This document shows, piece after piece, positions 55,301 to 64,000 of a stretch of 64,000 bases of DNA. The notes under the pieces were generated by a model. The model made no database searches, had not been told where the DNA came from, and worked only from the letters and a program-made list of their open reading frames with translations. The position numbers and the translations under genes were made by a program. Numbering within the stretch: the first letter of the stretch is position 1; each line of letters begins with the position of its first letter. The stretch is taken from positions 12,561 through 76,560 of IMG/VR virus record IMGVR_UViG_3300001199_000006; one strand, 5' to 3'. The DNA comes from a virus (Duplodnaviria; Caudoviricetes).

Positions 55301-55333
55301 CTCCCCGACTTGACACCGTGTCAAATCGGGGAG
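55301..55333. repeat. Dispersed palindrome copy 7 inside a 33-bp inverted repeat
   Basis: CTCCCCGAcTTGACAC-C-GTGTCAAaTCGGGGAG, one mismatch, intergenic after the tail tube gene. Confidence 0.9.
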
Positions 55334-55342
55334 GGTGCGGGC

Positions 55343-55876
55343 CTACGCCGCGAGGTCGGCGGGCTTGAAGATCGCCTTGTCGATCACGATGTTGCAGGTG
55401 ATGCGCACGCGATCGTCCGTCTCCATGTCGATGTCGCCGGGGTCGAACGTGGAGATCCACATGCCCTGCATCTCCCACTCGCGGTCGCCCGTGCCGTCCG
55501 GCGCGTACAGCACCATGCGCCCGTTCTTCTTGTATTGGGACGCGAAGGCGGTCTTGCCCGTCACCGGGTTGTGCGCGAGGTAGAACCAGTTCGCCAGCAC
55601 GGTCTTCGTGGTCTGGTCCACGTAGTCGTTGAACACGATGCTGAGATCGTCGTACGTGGGCTTGCCCGCGAACTTGCGGGTCTGGTTCAGGTACATGATC
55701 TCGATCGGGTTGATGTTCGACTTGGGCAGCGGGAACGACGTCAGCGACAGCGTCACGACGTCGTTCTCGTTCCCGGCGAGACCCGCGATGTAGAGCAGGC
55801 CGTTGTTGGCGCGCTGCGGCTCGAAGCCGCCGCCGACCTGTCCGATGTGGTCAGCGGTCAGAGTGTCGATGGGCAT
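55343..55876 (-). CDS. Tail tube protein (T4 gp19-like)
   Basis: FEPQR.NN...LP...I...YLN..RKFAGKP.YDD..I.F.DY...YKK...L..P.G...W...G.W. Confidence 0.85.
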   Translation of the reverse strand: MPIDTLTADHIGQVGGGFEPQRANNGLLYIAGLAGNENDVVTLSLTSFPLPKSNINPIEIMYLNQTRKFAGKPTYDDLSIVFNDYVDQTTKTVLANWFYLAHNPVTGKTAFASQYKKNGRMVLYAPDGTGDREWEMQGMWISTFDPGDIDMETDDRVRITCNIVIDKAIFKPADLAA

Positions 55877-55896
55877 GGGTGTAGTGAGCTAGGGGC

Positions 55897-58506
55897 CTAG
55901 GTGAGCGACCCGACGCCGCTGGCGATCAGCGTGAAGTCGAGCACGAGGGTCTCGGCCGCGTCGATGTGCGAGATGAAGATTTTCGCGTTGACCGTCTTCT
56001 GCGCTTGCAGTTCGGGAGGGTTGGTCTCGGCGTCGCACTTCGCACGGGGTCGCGTCCCGTCGTTGTTGGTCGCCTTGACGCCGCGAGCGGCGACAAGGAA
56101 GTCGATGATCGGCTGGAGCGCCAGCTCGACGTTGCGCCACGTCGTCGGATCGTTCGGCTCGAACTGGATGCTCCGCGTGGCCGCGATCGAGGCCGTCTTG
56201 AGGTAGATGAGCATGCGCCGGACGTGGACGGCGTCCGTCGGCTTCGGCGTCCGGGCCAGCGTCTCGTTGCCGTAGATGACGAAGCCGGTGCCGCCCTGGA
56301 ACGAGACGATCGGGTTGACCGCGTTCGCGCCGCCGAGGAGCAGGTCGCGCTCGGCCTGGAACGGGCTGTATTCGAGCGCCTCGGCGTTGATGATCCCGCG
56401 CTGGTGACCGGCGGGCGCGCGCCACGGGCCCACCTGCTTGTCCGTGCGCGCGTAGGCCGCGAGCACGAATCCGGAGGGCGGCATGAAGAGCGACTTCTTG
56501 AGGTACTCGCTCTTGTTCTTGACCCAGCCCCAATACAGGGCCGCGTAGTCGCTGTCGAACGGCGAGGTCGGCGCGTTGGGCACGAGCGAGGACACGCCGT
56601 TGTGCCAGTCGATAACCTGCCCGACCGTGAGGCCGAACGGCGGATCGACGACGGCGAGCGCGTCGGCGCGGAACGCGCAGATCGCCAGCATCTCGGCGAT
56701 CACGTCCTTGTGCGTGACGCCCGGCACCGCGAGCAGGTTGAAGCTCACGGTCTCGGCGTTCCGCAGCACTTGCATGCCGGTGGCCGACGTGCCGCTCGCG
56801 ACGCCGATGTAGTCGGCGGCCGTGAGCGCGCTGATGCCGTCCGCACCCGCGAGCGCGGTCCCAAGCTGGTACGCGCCGGAGACCGGCTTCTGGTTCACCA
56901 GCACGTCCACACGGACGTAGCGCGAGGGGTTGACCTCGTTCACGATCCCCTCGTTCACAACGGTCTCGGCGAAGCGCGCGTTCGTCGAATCAGTCGAGAG
57001 GTTCTGGAATGTCTCGACGACCTGCACGGTGCTGCCGCTGCCGACCGGGGCCTCGATCGAGAGGTCGAAGTTTCCCGCCGGAGCCCCGGCAACCGTGGTC
57101 GGCGAGACAGTGACGCGGATCGCGTTGCCCCACGTACCCGGGCTCGCGGCCTGGAACGCCATGCCCAGCACCGCGCCGTTGGCCGTGCCGCCCGCCATGC
57201 CCGTGATCGTGATGTTGCCGCCCGAGTCCACCTCGGTGACCGAGACGTTCCCGGCCGTGCCCACGATGTCGTTCGTGAGCACGACGGTAGCTCCGGTGCC
57301 CGTGGCCGTGACGTTGAAGGTCTGGGCGTTGATGGCCGTGCGGAGGTTCTGCGCCGTGGCCGAAGCCGACGCACCGATCGCGACCGCCACGTTGCCCGAG
57401 ATCACGCCCGCGTTCGTGCCTCCGGACATACCCGTGACCGTCGCGTTCGTGATGTTGTCCGTGATCGCGACGTTGCCGAGCGTGCCGTTGGCGTCGTTCG
57501 TCAGGTTGATGGTCGTACCCGACCCCTGCACGGCCGTGATCGCCAGGTTGACGCCCTGCGCGTTGATCGCGGCGATCGTGTTGGCCACGGTCTCGGCCGT
57601 CGAGGCACCGATCGCGATCGGGACGTTCGCGCCCGCCGCCGACAGGTCGTCTCCGCCCGCCATGCCGGTGTCGGATAGGAAGGTGCTGACGTTGACCGGC
57701 TCGGTGATCGCGACGTTCCCCGCGACCCCGTAGTTGTCGTGGCGCAGGTTGACGGTGTTGCCACCCGTGATCGAGATCGCCGACACCGCGAAGGTCGGCG
57801 CGGCGTTGATCGCGTTGAACAGGTTCGTGAGCGTGTCGCTGAGCGTCGCGCCGATCAGCACGCGGCGGAGCAGCGGGGTCTCGACCACGGACGCGTTCGA
57901 GTCGAACTCGAACGTCACGTTCACGCTGCCGTCGCCGATGAGGAACTGGTCACCGTCGGCGGGCTGGCCGCCCAGCACCAGCGTGCCCGTGGCCTTGGCC
58001 GCCGTGTCGTACTCGAACGTGATGGCCGGGTTTACGCCGTCGTTGAGCACGAAAGTGTCGGCGTCGGCGGGCTGGCCAGTGAACGCGATCGTGCCGGTAG
58101 CAGCCGTCGCCTTGTCGAACTCGAAGGTCTTCGGCGTGGTCCCGTCCGAGATCGTGACGCGGTCGCCGTCGGCGGGGTTCCCCGTCAACGCCACCGAGCC
58201 CGTCGCGCGGTTGCCCTCGGGCCCCAGCACGTTCGCCAGCGCACTCGCGATGGCGGAGTCGGCGACCCGCAGATAGAAGCACTGCCCGCCGTTCTTGAAG
58301 AACTCGATCGCCGCGAGGAGACCGTAGTCGTTCTGTGTCGGCAGGCCGAACTTGCGGATCAGGTCCGATTCGCTCGTGCAGAGCGTCGCGACACCGACCG
58401 CGCCCTTCGTCGCACCGCCCACGATCACGGGCAAGGTGCTCGCAGCGAGCGGTTGGGTCGGGACTTGGACGAGTTCGTTGGTGATGATTCCGGGAGACTG
58501 TGCCAT
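55897..58506 (-). CDS. Tail sheath protein with repeated insertion domains
   Basis: G...KG......SE.DL...FG.P; SPGTWGN.I.V; YAALYW.W...PPSG...W.APAG..RG...HVRR.L.Y...FEPND..TW. Confidence 0.92.
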   Translation of the reverse strand: MAQSPGIITNELVQVPTQPLAASTLPVIVGGATKGAVGVATLCTSESDLIRKFGLPTQNDYGLLAAIEFFKNGGQCFYLRVADSAIASALANVLGPEGNRATGSVALTGNPADGDRVTISDGTTPKTFEFDKATAATGTIAFTGQPADADTFVLNDGVNPAITFEYDTAAKATGTLVLGGQPADGDQFLIGDGSVNVTFEFDSNASVVETPLLRRVLIGATLSDTLTNLFNAINAAPTFAVSAISITGGNTVNLRHDNYGVAGNVAITEPVNVSTFLSDTGMAGGDDLSAAGANVPIAIGASTAETVANTIAAINAQGVNLAITAVQGSGTTINLTNDANGTLGNVAITDNITNATVTGMSGGTNAGVISGNVAVAIGASASATAQNLRTAINAQTFNVTATGTGATVVLTNDIVGTAGNVSVTEVDSGGNITITGMAGGTANGAVLGMAFQAASPGTWGNAIRVTVSPTTVAGAPAGNFDLSIEAPVGSGSTVQVVETFQNLSTDSTNARFAETVVNEGIVNEVNPSRYVRVDVLVNQKPVSGAYQLGTALAGADGISALTAADYIGVASGTSATGMQVLRNAETVSFNLLAVPGVTHKDVIAEMLAICAFRADALAVVDPPFGLTVGQVIDWHNGVSSLVPNAPTSPFDSDYAALYWGWVKNKSEYLKKSLFMPPSGFVLAAYARTDKQVGPWRAPAGHQRGIINAEALEYSPFQAERDLLLGGANAVNPIVSFQGGTGFVIYGNETLARTPKPTDAVHVRRMLIYLKTASIAATRSIQFEPNDPTTWRNVELALQPIIDFLVAARGVKATNNDGTRPRAKCDAETNPPELQAQKTVNAKIFISHIDAAETLVLDFTLIASGVGSLT

Positions 58507-58519
58507 GTGCGTTTGGTCC

Positions 58520-58837
58520 TCAGCGCGCGGGTTCGATCTTCAAGATTCCGCGATCGGCCAGACCGCGAGTGTACGTGTCGATCTGCGTCTCGTAGTAGGG
58601 GGTGGAAACGCCCCGCGCCATCAGGCGGACCGGGACGCTCGTACCATCCTCGCTGAGGACGGAACACTCGATCAGTTGGTCGCGCAGGTTCCGGATCTGA
58701 ACCCTCGGCTGGGAAGGCGGTATCGGAGCCGCAACGGGCTCCACCACGCGAGGCTTCGGAGTCGGCTCGGGCACGAGCGGTGACTCGACGGTGCTGCCAT
58801 CGTCGTCTCCAAAGCGTCTACGGGGTTGCTTCGCCAT
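58520..58837 (-). CDS. Hypothetical protein upstream of the sheath gene
   Basis: MAKQPRRR...; Pro-rich N-terminus. Confidence 0.6.
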   Translation of the reverse strand: MAKQPRRRFGDDDGSTVESPLVPEPTPKPRVVEPVAAPIPPSQPRVQIRNLRDQLIECSVLSEDGTSVPVRLMARGVSTPYYETQIDTYTRGLADRGILKIEPAR

Positions 58838-58869
58838 GCCGGGTTCCTGGGTGGGGCCTGCCGGAGCGC

Positions 58870-59163
58870 TCAGTCTAGGCCCTGGCCCGAGGTCGTGTCT
58901 ACAGCCTGGCGCGCGGCCTGGAAGCGCGGCGAGCAAGGGCACTCCGGGAGGTGGTGGTCGAGGGTCCGATAGCGAGCGTCGAAAGCGGATTTTCGGCCCT
59001 CCGCCAGCGCCTTGACCAGGTACGCGGTGAGCTGCATCTGCTTGAACTCGACCTGCTTCCCCTCTCGTAGCTGGGTGGCCAGACCGCGCCGCGTCCGGGC
59101 TGCGAACGCCGCGACCAGCTCGTTCAGCGGGCGACCCTGGCACAGGCAAGCGCGGGCGCTCAT
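58870..59163 (-). CDS. Hypothetical protein (CxC...CxC)
   Basis: ATGA coupling to the upstream gene. Confidence 0.55.
   Translation of the reverse strand: MSARACLCQGRPLNELVAAFAARTRRGLATQLREGKQVEFKQMQLTAYLVKALAEGRKSAFDARYRTLDHHLPECPCSPRFQAARQAVDTTSGQGLD
58872..58903 (-). promoter_or_regulatory. Late-type promoter motif
   Basis: TGTAGAC-N19-TAGACT upstream of the 58837/sheath unit. Confidence 0.65.
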
Positions 59164-60710
59164 ACCTCGGTCCCTCGCCACGAGCCGAGGAACGGCTGCG
59201 CGTACACGGCGTCGATCGGGATGGTGTTCGGGACCGTCACGGTCACGGCCCCGCTCGTGGGCGTGAACAGTGCCACGAGCCCAACCTCTTGCGCTGGGTC
59301 AACCGCGTACCCCTGCGCTCCGACCAGGATGGTCCCGGCCACGGCCCCGGATCCGAACGCGAGCACAACGAGATGCGCGCCGCTGCCGAGCCCTGCCCAG
59401 GTGTGAACGGTGTTGGGACCGGACGGCGTCGAGGACGTGGGCAGGGTGCGCGTCGTGCGGACGTGGACCAGACTCACGTCGGCCAGGTAGGTGATGGCCG
59501 AGGATCCCGCGCCTTGCAGCGTGCAGGAATAGACCGGCTGCTCGATCAGCGTGAAGAACTGGAGGTTCGTCCACGCGGCGCGCGCGGGAAGTGCGAAGCG
59601 TCGATTCGGAAGCCAAGTCACGGGCTCGACGAGCGGGTCACGCGAAGAGACCTGGATCCGAACCGGTGCGGTGGAACGGTACGAGGCGGCCAGCGACAAC
59701 ACCGCGCGGTTCTGGTTGTCCAAGGGCACGGCGCGGTTCGAGATCAGCACCTCATCCGTCGTGGCCGTGACGGTCATGCGCAACGAACCGCCCGCCCCCT
59801 CGCGAGGCTGCTGCGTCGAGCGCTGCACCTGAGCGTTCCCGGCACGAGGCCAGTGCGTCGGGATCCTCGACGACGGCAAGTAGATGGAGAACAGGTTCAG
59901 GCTCACGGGCGCGGGCGGCGGTGACGCGCCGACGAGATCGTCGCTGACCTCTCCGGCTGCGATGTCGCGCTCCCCGACGGCGAGGTCGTGAACGTAGCTC
60001 GTCGTCGCGTGCGGGTTGCGGAACAGCCAGGTCCGAAGCCGGAAGGTGTATTCGGAGCGGATGTACCGCGAGCCGTCGCCCTCCAAGTCCGACAGGTCGT
60101 TCGACCCCTCGAACACGAGCCGCTGCGCGATCGTCCCCCACGGCTCCGCGTGCTTGACCTGGACCAGCGCCTCGGACTCGGCCACGCCGATCGCGCCGAG
60201 CCGACTGTGGATCCACTCGCGGAAGAAGACCTCGGTGTACCGCTTGAGACACCAGAACGTGACCTGGTAGGTGGTCTCGTACGCGCCGGGCCACCGATGC
60301 TGTTCCCAAGTCTGCGTGCCTTGGTTGAACCGTTGACGGCGGAACACCTTCGGCACGCCCGAGTCCTGCGGATTCGGCGTCGGGTCGTTCCGCACGATCG
60401 ACATCAACGGCAAGGGCAAGATCGCGAAGTCGTTCAAGGCACGCTCGCGCAGCTTGGCAGCGTTCTCGGCCTGGACGAGTGGGTCGTTCCCGGCGATCCA
60501 TCCGCTGTGAACGAGCAGATCGACCACGGCCGCCACGACGCGGTCCGGCGTCGAGAACACGCGCAAGACCGGCATGTTGTTGCGGTCGATGGGCGTCAGC
60601 TCGTGCAGGTCACGGCTGTTGCCGTAGTCCACGCGCAGCTCACCGAGCCAGTCGTGGAGCGCGGCGTCGTGTCGCCGCATCGTGTCTTCGAGGTTGTGCG
60701 GGTTCGCCAT
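59160..60710 (-). CDS. Tail terminator/neck-associated protein with C-terminal extension
   Basis: P..V.F.TPDR...LPLMSI.R...P.AY...YQV.FW...; position between neck and sheath. Confidence 0.6.
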   Translation of the reverse strand: MANPHNLEDTMRRHDAALHDWLGELRVDYGNSRDLHELTPIDRNNMPVLRVFSTPDRVVAAVVDLLVHSGWIAGNDPLVQAENAAKLRERALNDFAILPLPLMSIVRNDPTPNPQDSGVPKVFRRQRFNQGTQTWEQHRWPGAYETTYQVTFWCLKRYTEVFFREWIHSRLGAIGVAESEALVQVKHAEPWGTIAQRLVFEGSNDLSDLEGDGSRYIRSEYTFRLRTWLFRNPHATTSYVHDLAVGERDIAAGEVSDDLVGASPPPAPVSLNLFSIYLPSSRIPTHWPRAGNAQVQRSTQQPREGAGGSLRMTVTATTDEVLISNRAVPLDNQNRAVLSLAASYRSTAPVRIQVSSRDPLVEPVTWLPNRRFALPARAAWTNLQFFTLIEQPVYSCTLQGAGSSAITYLADVSLVHVRTTRTLPTSSTPSGPNTVHTWAGLGSGAHLVVLAFGSGAVAGTILVGAQGYAVDPAQEVGLVALFTPTSGAVTVTVPNTIPIDAVYAQPFLGSWRGTEV

Positions 60711-61138
60711 CAGCGCGTCCCGTTGAGCGCCTGCCGCACGTCTGACACGTTGAACGAACGCGCGCTGAGCCAGTGCAGGTACGGAGACAGCTCCAGCAAG
60801 GGCATCTCGTACCCGGGCAACCCACGCGTGTGCCCGACCAGCTTCCCGTGCGTCCGCTCGGCCAGGTAGATCCGGGCCGGGATCGCGCCCATGTACGGCC
60901 AGTTCTCGGCCTCGGCCGGGTCGGGCTGAATGAGCAAGCGCTTGCCGCCGATCAGCACGATGATGCAGTGCATGGCGCGCTCGAACGCCTCGTCTTCGAG
61001 CGGAGGCAGCGGGTCGAGCAGCGAGAACATCTTGGCGATCGACACGCCGAGACGTAGATCGGTCAACGCCTCGATCTTGGACGGGGAATGCACCCGTACC
61101 GTACGGCCATCGAACAGCTCGGTGCTCACACCGGTCAC
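60710..61138 (-). CDS. Hypothetical protein
   Basis: Coupled at both ends. Confidence 0.6.
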   Translation of the reverse strand: MTGVSTELFDGRTVRVHSPSKIEALTDLRLGVSIAKMFSLLDPLPPLEDEAFERAMHCIIVLIGGKRLLIQPDPAEAENWPYMGAIPARIYLAERTHGKLVGHTRGLPGYEMPLLELSPYLHWLSARSFNVSDVRQALNGTR

Positions 61139-61731
61139 GCGCCCCTCTTCTTGTGCTCGCACATCAAGGCGCGCCAGAGGCGCAGGTTGGTGTTCTTCCA
61201 GTACCCGGTCCCGCGATCCTGTAGCACGGAGAACTCGTCGCCGTCCCAGACGAGCTTGTCTCCGGGGTACACCGTCACGCCGAGCCGATCGAGTGTGAAG
61301 GACGGGACATGGACGAGGATGTCGCGCATCTCGTCGAAGCCGTACCGCTTGAGGTCGTAGTCCTTGGCTTCGCGCTGGACGCGCGCCCGCATCGTCACGG
61401 GCGGTGCATAGCGCTCGACCTCTTCGGTCCCGGCCTTCACGGTCGGGTTCAAGTGCGGCTGTTGCCACGGCTGCCCGGCCAGCACGGGATCGACGGCCTC
61501 GCCCCAGAGGGGGTCGAACGTGCTCTGTCCCGCAGCTCCGACCGGCGCGGGTCCACCGGCCACAGGGTCGGGGACCGCGATCCCGACCGTGCGCAACACG
61601 CCGTAGTAGGTGATGCGCGGGAAGAAACGGTTCGCTTCCTCCTCGATGAGCCGGAGCTGCACCCGCAGATCCTTGTCGAAGGCTTCGGGGAACAGCGTGT
61701 CGTGCAGGTAGCCCTCGGGCAGGTACGTCAT
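61135..61731 (-). CDS. Head closure/neck protein (gp14-like)
   Basis: FDPLWGE...L.RYG.DE.RD......L......PGD...WDG..F.V. Confidence 0.65.
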   Translation of the reverse strand: MTYLPEGYLHDTLFPEAFDKDLRVQLRLIEEEANRFFPRITYYGVLRTVGIAVPDPVAGGPAPVGAAGQSTFDPLWGEAVDPVLAGQPWQQPHLNPTVKAGTEEVERYAPPVTMRARVQREAKDYDLKRYGFDEMRDILVHVPSFTLDRLGVTVYPGDKLVWDGDEFSVLQDRGTGYWKNTNLRLWRALMCEHKKRGA

Positions 61732-62318
61732 CAGCGCACCACGATCCTTCCACGAAGGTGACGCGACGCCTGGAGTGCGGCCTTGATCTCGCCGACCAGC
61801 CGCGCGCGCGTGCTCCGATACTTGGACTTCATCGAGCGCAGGTGAGGTCTCCAGTGCGGGCGCGGAGGCAGGCGGCCGTCGAGGGAGCCGTGCTCGTTGA
61901 AGATCGCGACCTTGTTCAGCGACGTGTCCGTGATACGCCCTTCCAGGTCGCGAGCCATGACGCGCGGGTGGAAGCCGACGCGCACCAGCGTGCGCTCGCG
62001 ACGCTGCCGCGCCTTGCGCGTCCAGACCTTGATGTGGTCGCGGTACCAGCCCGTCGCGATCATCGTGCGTAGGTCAGCCCCGGCCCGCTCCTTGCGCCGC
62101 AGCCACGCGGGCGAGAGGTTGGTCCCGGACTCCGGGTACAGCACCTCTTGGAAGCTGGGGAACGCCTGTAGTTCGATCTTCTCGACGAAGGCGTCGCGCT
62201 CCTCCTCGGCGTACCGCTTGACGCCCTCGAACAGCGTCGTGCGCGCGACATCCCGGACCTCGCGCGACATCGCGCGGAAGTCAGGGACGTGCGAGCGAGT
62301 CGGTTTGCGACGCGGCAT
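61731..62318 (-). CDS. Virion morphogenesis/tail completion protein
   Basis: LSPAWL.RK...RTMIATG...A.FNEHGS...LPPRPHWRP. Confidence 0.7.
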   Translation of the reverse strand: MPRRKPTRSHVPDFRAMSREVRDVARTTLFEGVKRYAEEERDAFVEKIELQAFPSFQEVLYPESGTNLSPAWLRRKERAGADLRTMIATGWYRDHIKVWTRKARQRRERTLVRVGFHPRVMARDLEGRITDTSLNKVAIFNEHGSLDGRLPPRPHWRPHLRSMKSKYRSTRARLVGEIKAALQASRHLRGRIVVR

Positions 62319-62331
62319 TGGAATGGCTTTC

Positions 62332-63102
62332 CTATTCCGTGATGGGGCCGAGCGGAGCACGCCGACGCTCCAACTGCTCTTCGAGCCGCTCCTTCTCCTG
62401 CTGGGCTTCTTGAAGCAGCTCGGTGTGGTCCACGGGGTCCTGCGCGCCGTCGGGGTTGGTGATGCCTTGGAACTTGCCGCGCACACGCCCCAGGATCTCC
62501 TTGGCACAGGCCGTCGTGTACCGCAGGATCCAGTCCACGTCGCCGTTCGGGATGAGCTGCATCCCGTTGCCCGTGTTGAAGTCCGACGCGTAGTACCCGG
62601 ACCACTCGTACCCGACCTCCACGTCCGGGCGCACGATGTCCACGTACAGCACGAACTGCGCGCCCTCCCACTGCCCGTCCCATTCCGGCTCCGAGTCCAC
62701 GATGCGCGCGGCGTCCTCGGAGTACGTGATGCGCTGGAGCAAGTCGCCGAACGTCTCGCCCGATCCCTGCCCGAGCGTCACGCCCGCGAGCGCGGTGTCG
62801 AACGGATCGAAGGGATCGACGGCCGAGGGCTGCGTGCGCCGCGTGATGAACTCGACGTGAATAATCCCGGCGAATCCCGGATGCAGGTTCAACGGGAGCA
62901 CGTACCGCTTCTGCGCCGTCGAGACGTTGGCCAGCTTGTTCCGCCGCTTGAACGGACGGCGCTGGTTGTAGAAGTCCAGCGCTTGCTTCACGCACTCCAC
63001 GTAGTCGTCCTGCTCCAGCTCGATCTGAATGGTCTTCCCTCCAAGGCGCGATTCGACGCGCTTGGCGATCTTCTCCATCGAGACGAGTTCGCTGTTCGGC
63101 AC
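62332..63102 (-). CDS. Neck protein (T4 gp13-like)
   Basis: IQIELEQDD....V..AL.FY...WI.RYT.A.AKEILG.VRGKF...D...LL.EA..EKE.L...L. Confidence 0.85.
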   Translation of the reverse strand: MPNSELVSMEKIAKRVESRLGGKTIQIELEQDDYVECVKQALDFYNQRRPFKRRNKLANVSTAQKRYVLPLNLHPGFAGIIHVEFITRRTQPSAVDPFDPFDTALAGVTLGQGSGETFGDLLQRITYSEDAARIVDSEPEWDGQWEGAQFVLYVDIVRPDVEVGYEWSGYYASDFNTGNGMQLIPNGDVDWILRYTTACAKEILGRVRGKFQGITNPDGAQDPVDHTELLQEAQQEKERLEEQLERRRAPLGPITE

Positions 63103-63105
63103 GGC

Positions 63106-63945
63106 TTACTTCTGGCGCTTCAAGTTGACCGGCGGATCCTTCACGACGCGCTCGCCCAGCGTCTTCGGCTTGCGCGACTTGGCCTTCTTGGGCGGCTCGA
63201 TCTTGGTCGGATTTGACACCGTGTCACCCATGACCACGGACGTCTCGCCGTCGGTGGCACCGGTCGAGAGCTTGGCCTCGGGCGTGGTCGCCGCCTCGGC
63301 GAGCGCTTGTTGACGCTCCAGGAACGACAGCACGTTCCGGCGCAGGTGCGGAACCGCGTGCGGGTGCATGCCCGGGATCTTGAGCAGCTCCTCATCGGTC
63401 AGCGCCTTGAACTTCTCCGCCGAGTCGATGCCGCGCGACTCCATGAACTCGACGATGCTGACGCGTAGCTGCTCGGGCATCGGCCCGGGCGCGTTCGTCG
63501 GCGGCAGCACGTTCCGGTTGGCCGGGATGTCGTCCACTTCCTCGTCCTCGCCGGTGAGCGGGTTCTTGCGCCGGATCTTGCCCTCCGGGGTAATCACGTC
63601 CCCAGCAGCGCGAAAGCGTCCCGGAGCTGCCGCAGCCGCGACTTGAGCACGCGGCGCACCGCTCGTGAGCACTGCACCGTCATCCGAACGCCCGTCGAGG
63701 TGATGGACCGGGAGATCCGGAAAGGAATCGCGTCCGAAGCTCTTCGGGATCGGAAACCGATGCAGCGGGCCAGCCTGACTCATGTACCGGGCCCAGAACT
63801 CACCCTCGACGACGTAGACGGCGTCGGTGCGCCGCGTGCGCTCGTCGAGCGTCTCGCGGAAGGGGTGGATGATCGAGGTCTGTCCGTGCGGGTTCTGCAC
63901 GTAGACCGGAACCTTGCCGAGGTTGACGTAACGCTGGAGAGCCAT
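63106..63945 (-). CDS. Hypothetical protein with helix-hairpin-helix-like segment
   Basis: GIDSAEKF.AL.DEELLKIPGM; Lys/Pro-rich C-terminus. Confidence 0.65.
   Translation of the reverse strand: MALQRYVNLGKVPVYVQNPHGQTSIIHPFRETLDERTRRTDAVYVVEGEFWARYMSQAGPLHRFPIPKSFGRDSFPDLPVHHLDGRSDDGAVLTSGAPRAQVAAAAAPGRFRAAGDVITPEGKIRRKNPLTGEDEEVDDIPANRNVLPPTNAPGPMPEQLRVSIVEFMESRGIDSAEKFKALTDEELLKIPGMHPHAVPHLRRNVLSFLERQQALAEAATTPEAKLSTGATDGETSVVMGDTVSNPTKIEPPKKAKSRKPKTLGERVVKDPPVNLKRQK
63214..63226. repeat. Dispersed palindrome copy 8
   Basis: TTTGACACCGTGTCA inside the CDS (GDTVSN). Confidence 0.9.
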
Positions 63946-64000
63946 TGGATTCCTTTGTGACTGGCGCGATAGCGCACAGGAGGTTGCGCGTCAGTGTACG

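Noticed and set aside
30276-58506. Tailocin/eCIS/T6SS interpretation
   Set aside because: Neck and head-closure-like genes plus a phage-type early region favour a true phage; the capsid and terminase presumably lie outside the window.
1-64000. Many long overlapping or antisense ORFs in the track (e.g. 773-2047+, 6182-7789+, 23609-25813+, 35360-37171+, 55966-57678+)
   Set aside because: Shadow frames of GC-rich genes: Arg/Ala/Pro-rich, no motifs, opposite well-supported genes.
1-64000. Stop-codon reassignment as in some large phages
   Set aside because: TAG, TGA and TAA all end recognisable full-length genes; no fragmented ORFs.
1-64000. tRNA/rRNA genes, integrase, transposase, reverse transcriptase/DGR
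   Set aside because: No recognisable T-loop/acceptor pattern in intergenic DNA and no catalytic motifs seen.

Overview
GC-rich segment of a large myovirus-type (contractile-tail) phage genome. No tRNA, rRNA or CRISPR array was recognised. Left part (1-21.1 kb, minus strand) is a dense, translationally coupled run of early/accessory genes: RecQ helicase, Zn-ribbon SpoVG, Myb-like repeat protein, a stand-alone GGEEF diguanylate cyclase, DUF4942-methyltransferase fusion, a secreted Cys-type sulfatase, GHKL ATPase with HExxH tail, a DUF932-like protein and many small Cys-rich proteins. Two plus-strand lipoproteins follow (21.4-22.8 kb). From 23 to 64 kb (minus strand) lies the neck-sheath-tube-tape measure-baseplate-fibre module, interrupted by a divergent accessory island at 38.5-41.7 kb. 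The most striking unexplained structure is a 13-15 bp palindrome, (T)TTGACACCGTGTCA, found 8 times across the window, both between and inside genes. Two further repeated promoter-like motifs occur: TGTAGAY-N18/19-YAnnnT before structural genes and CTCAAG-N17-YCGAAG before early genes. A Planctomycetota-like host is inferred, not shown. All family assignments are from motif recognition by eye; no database search was run.
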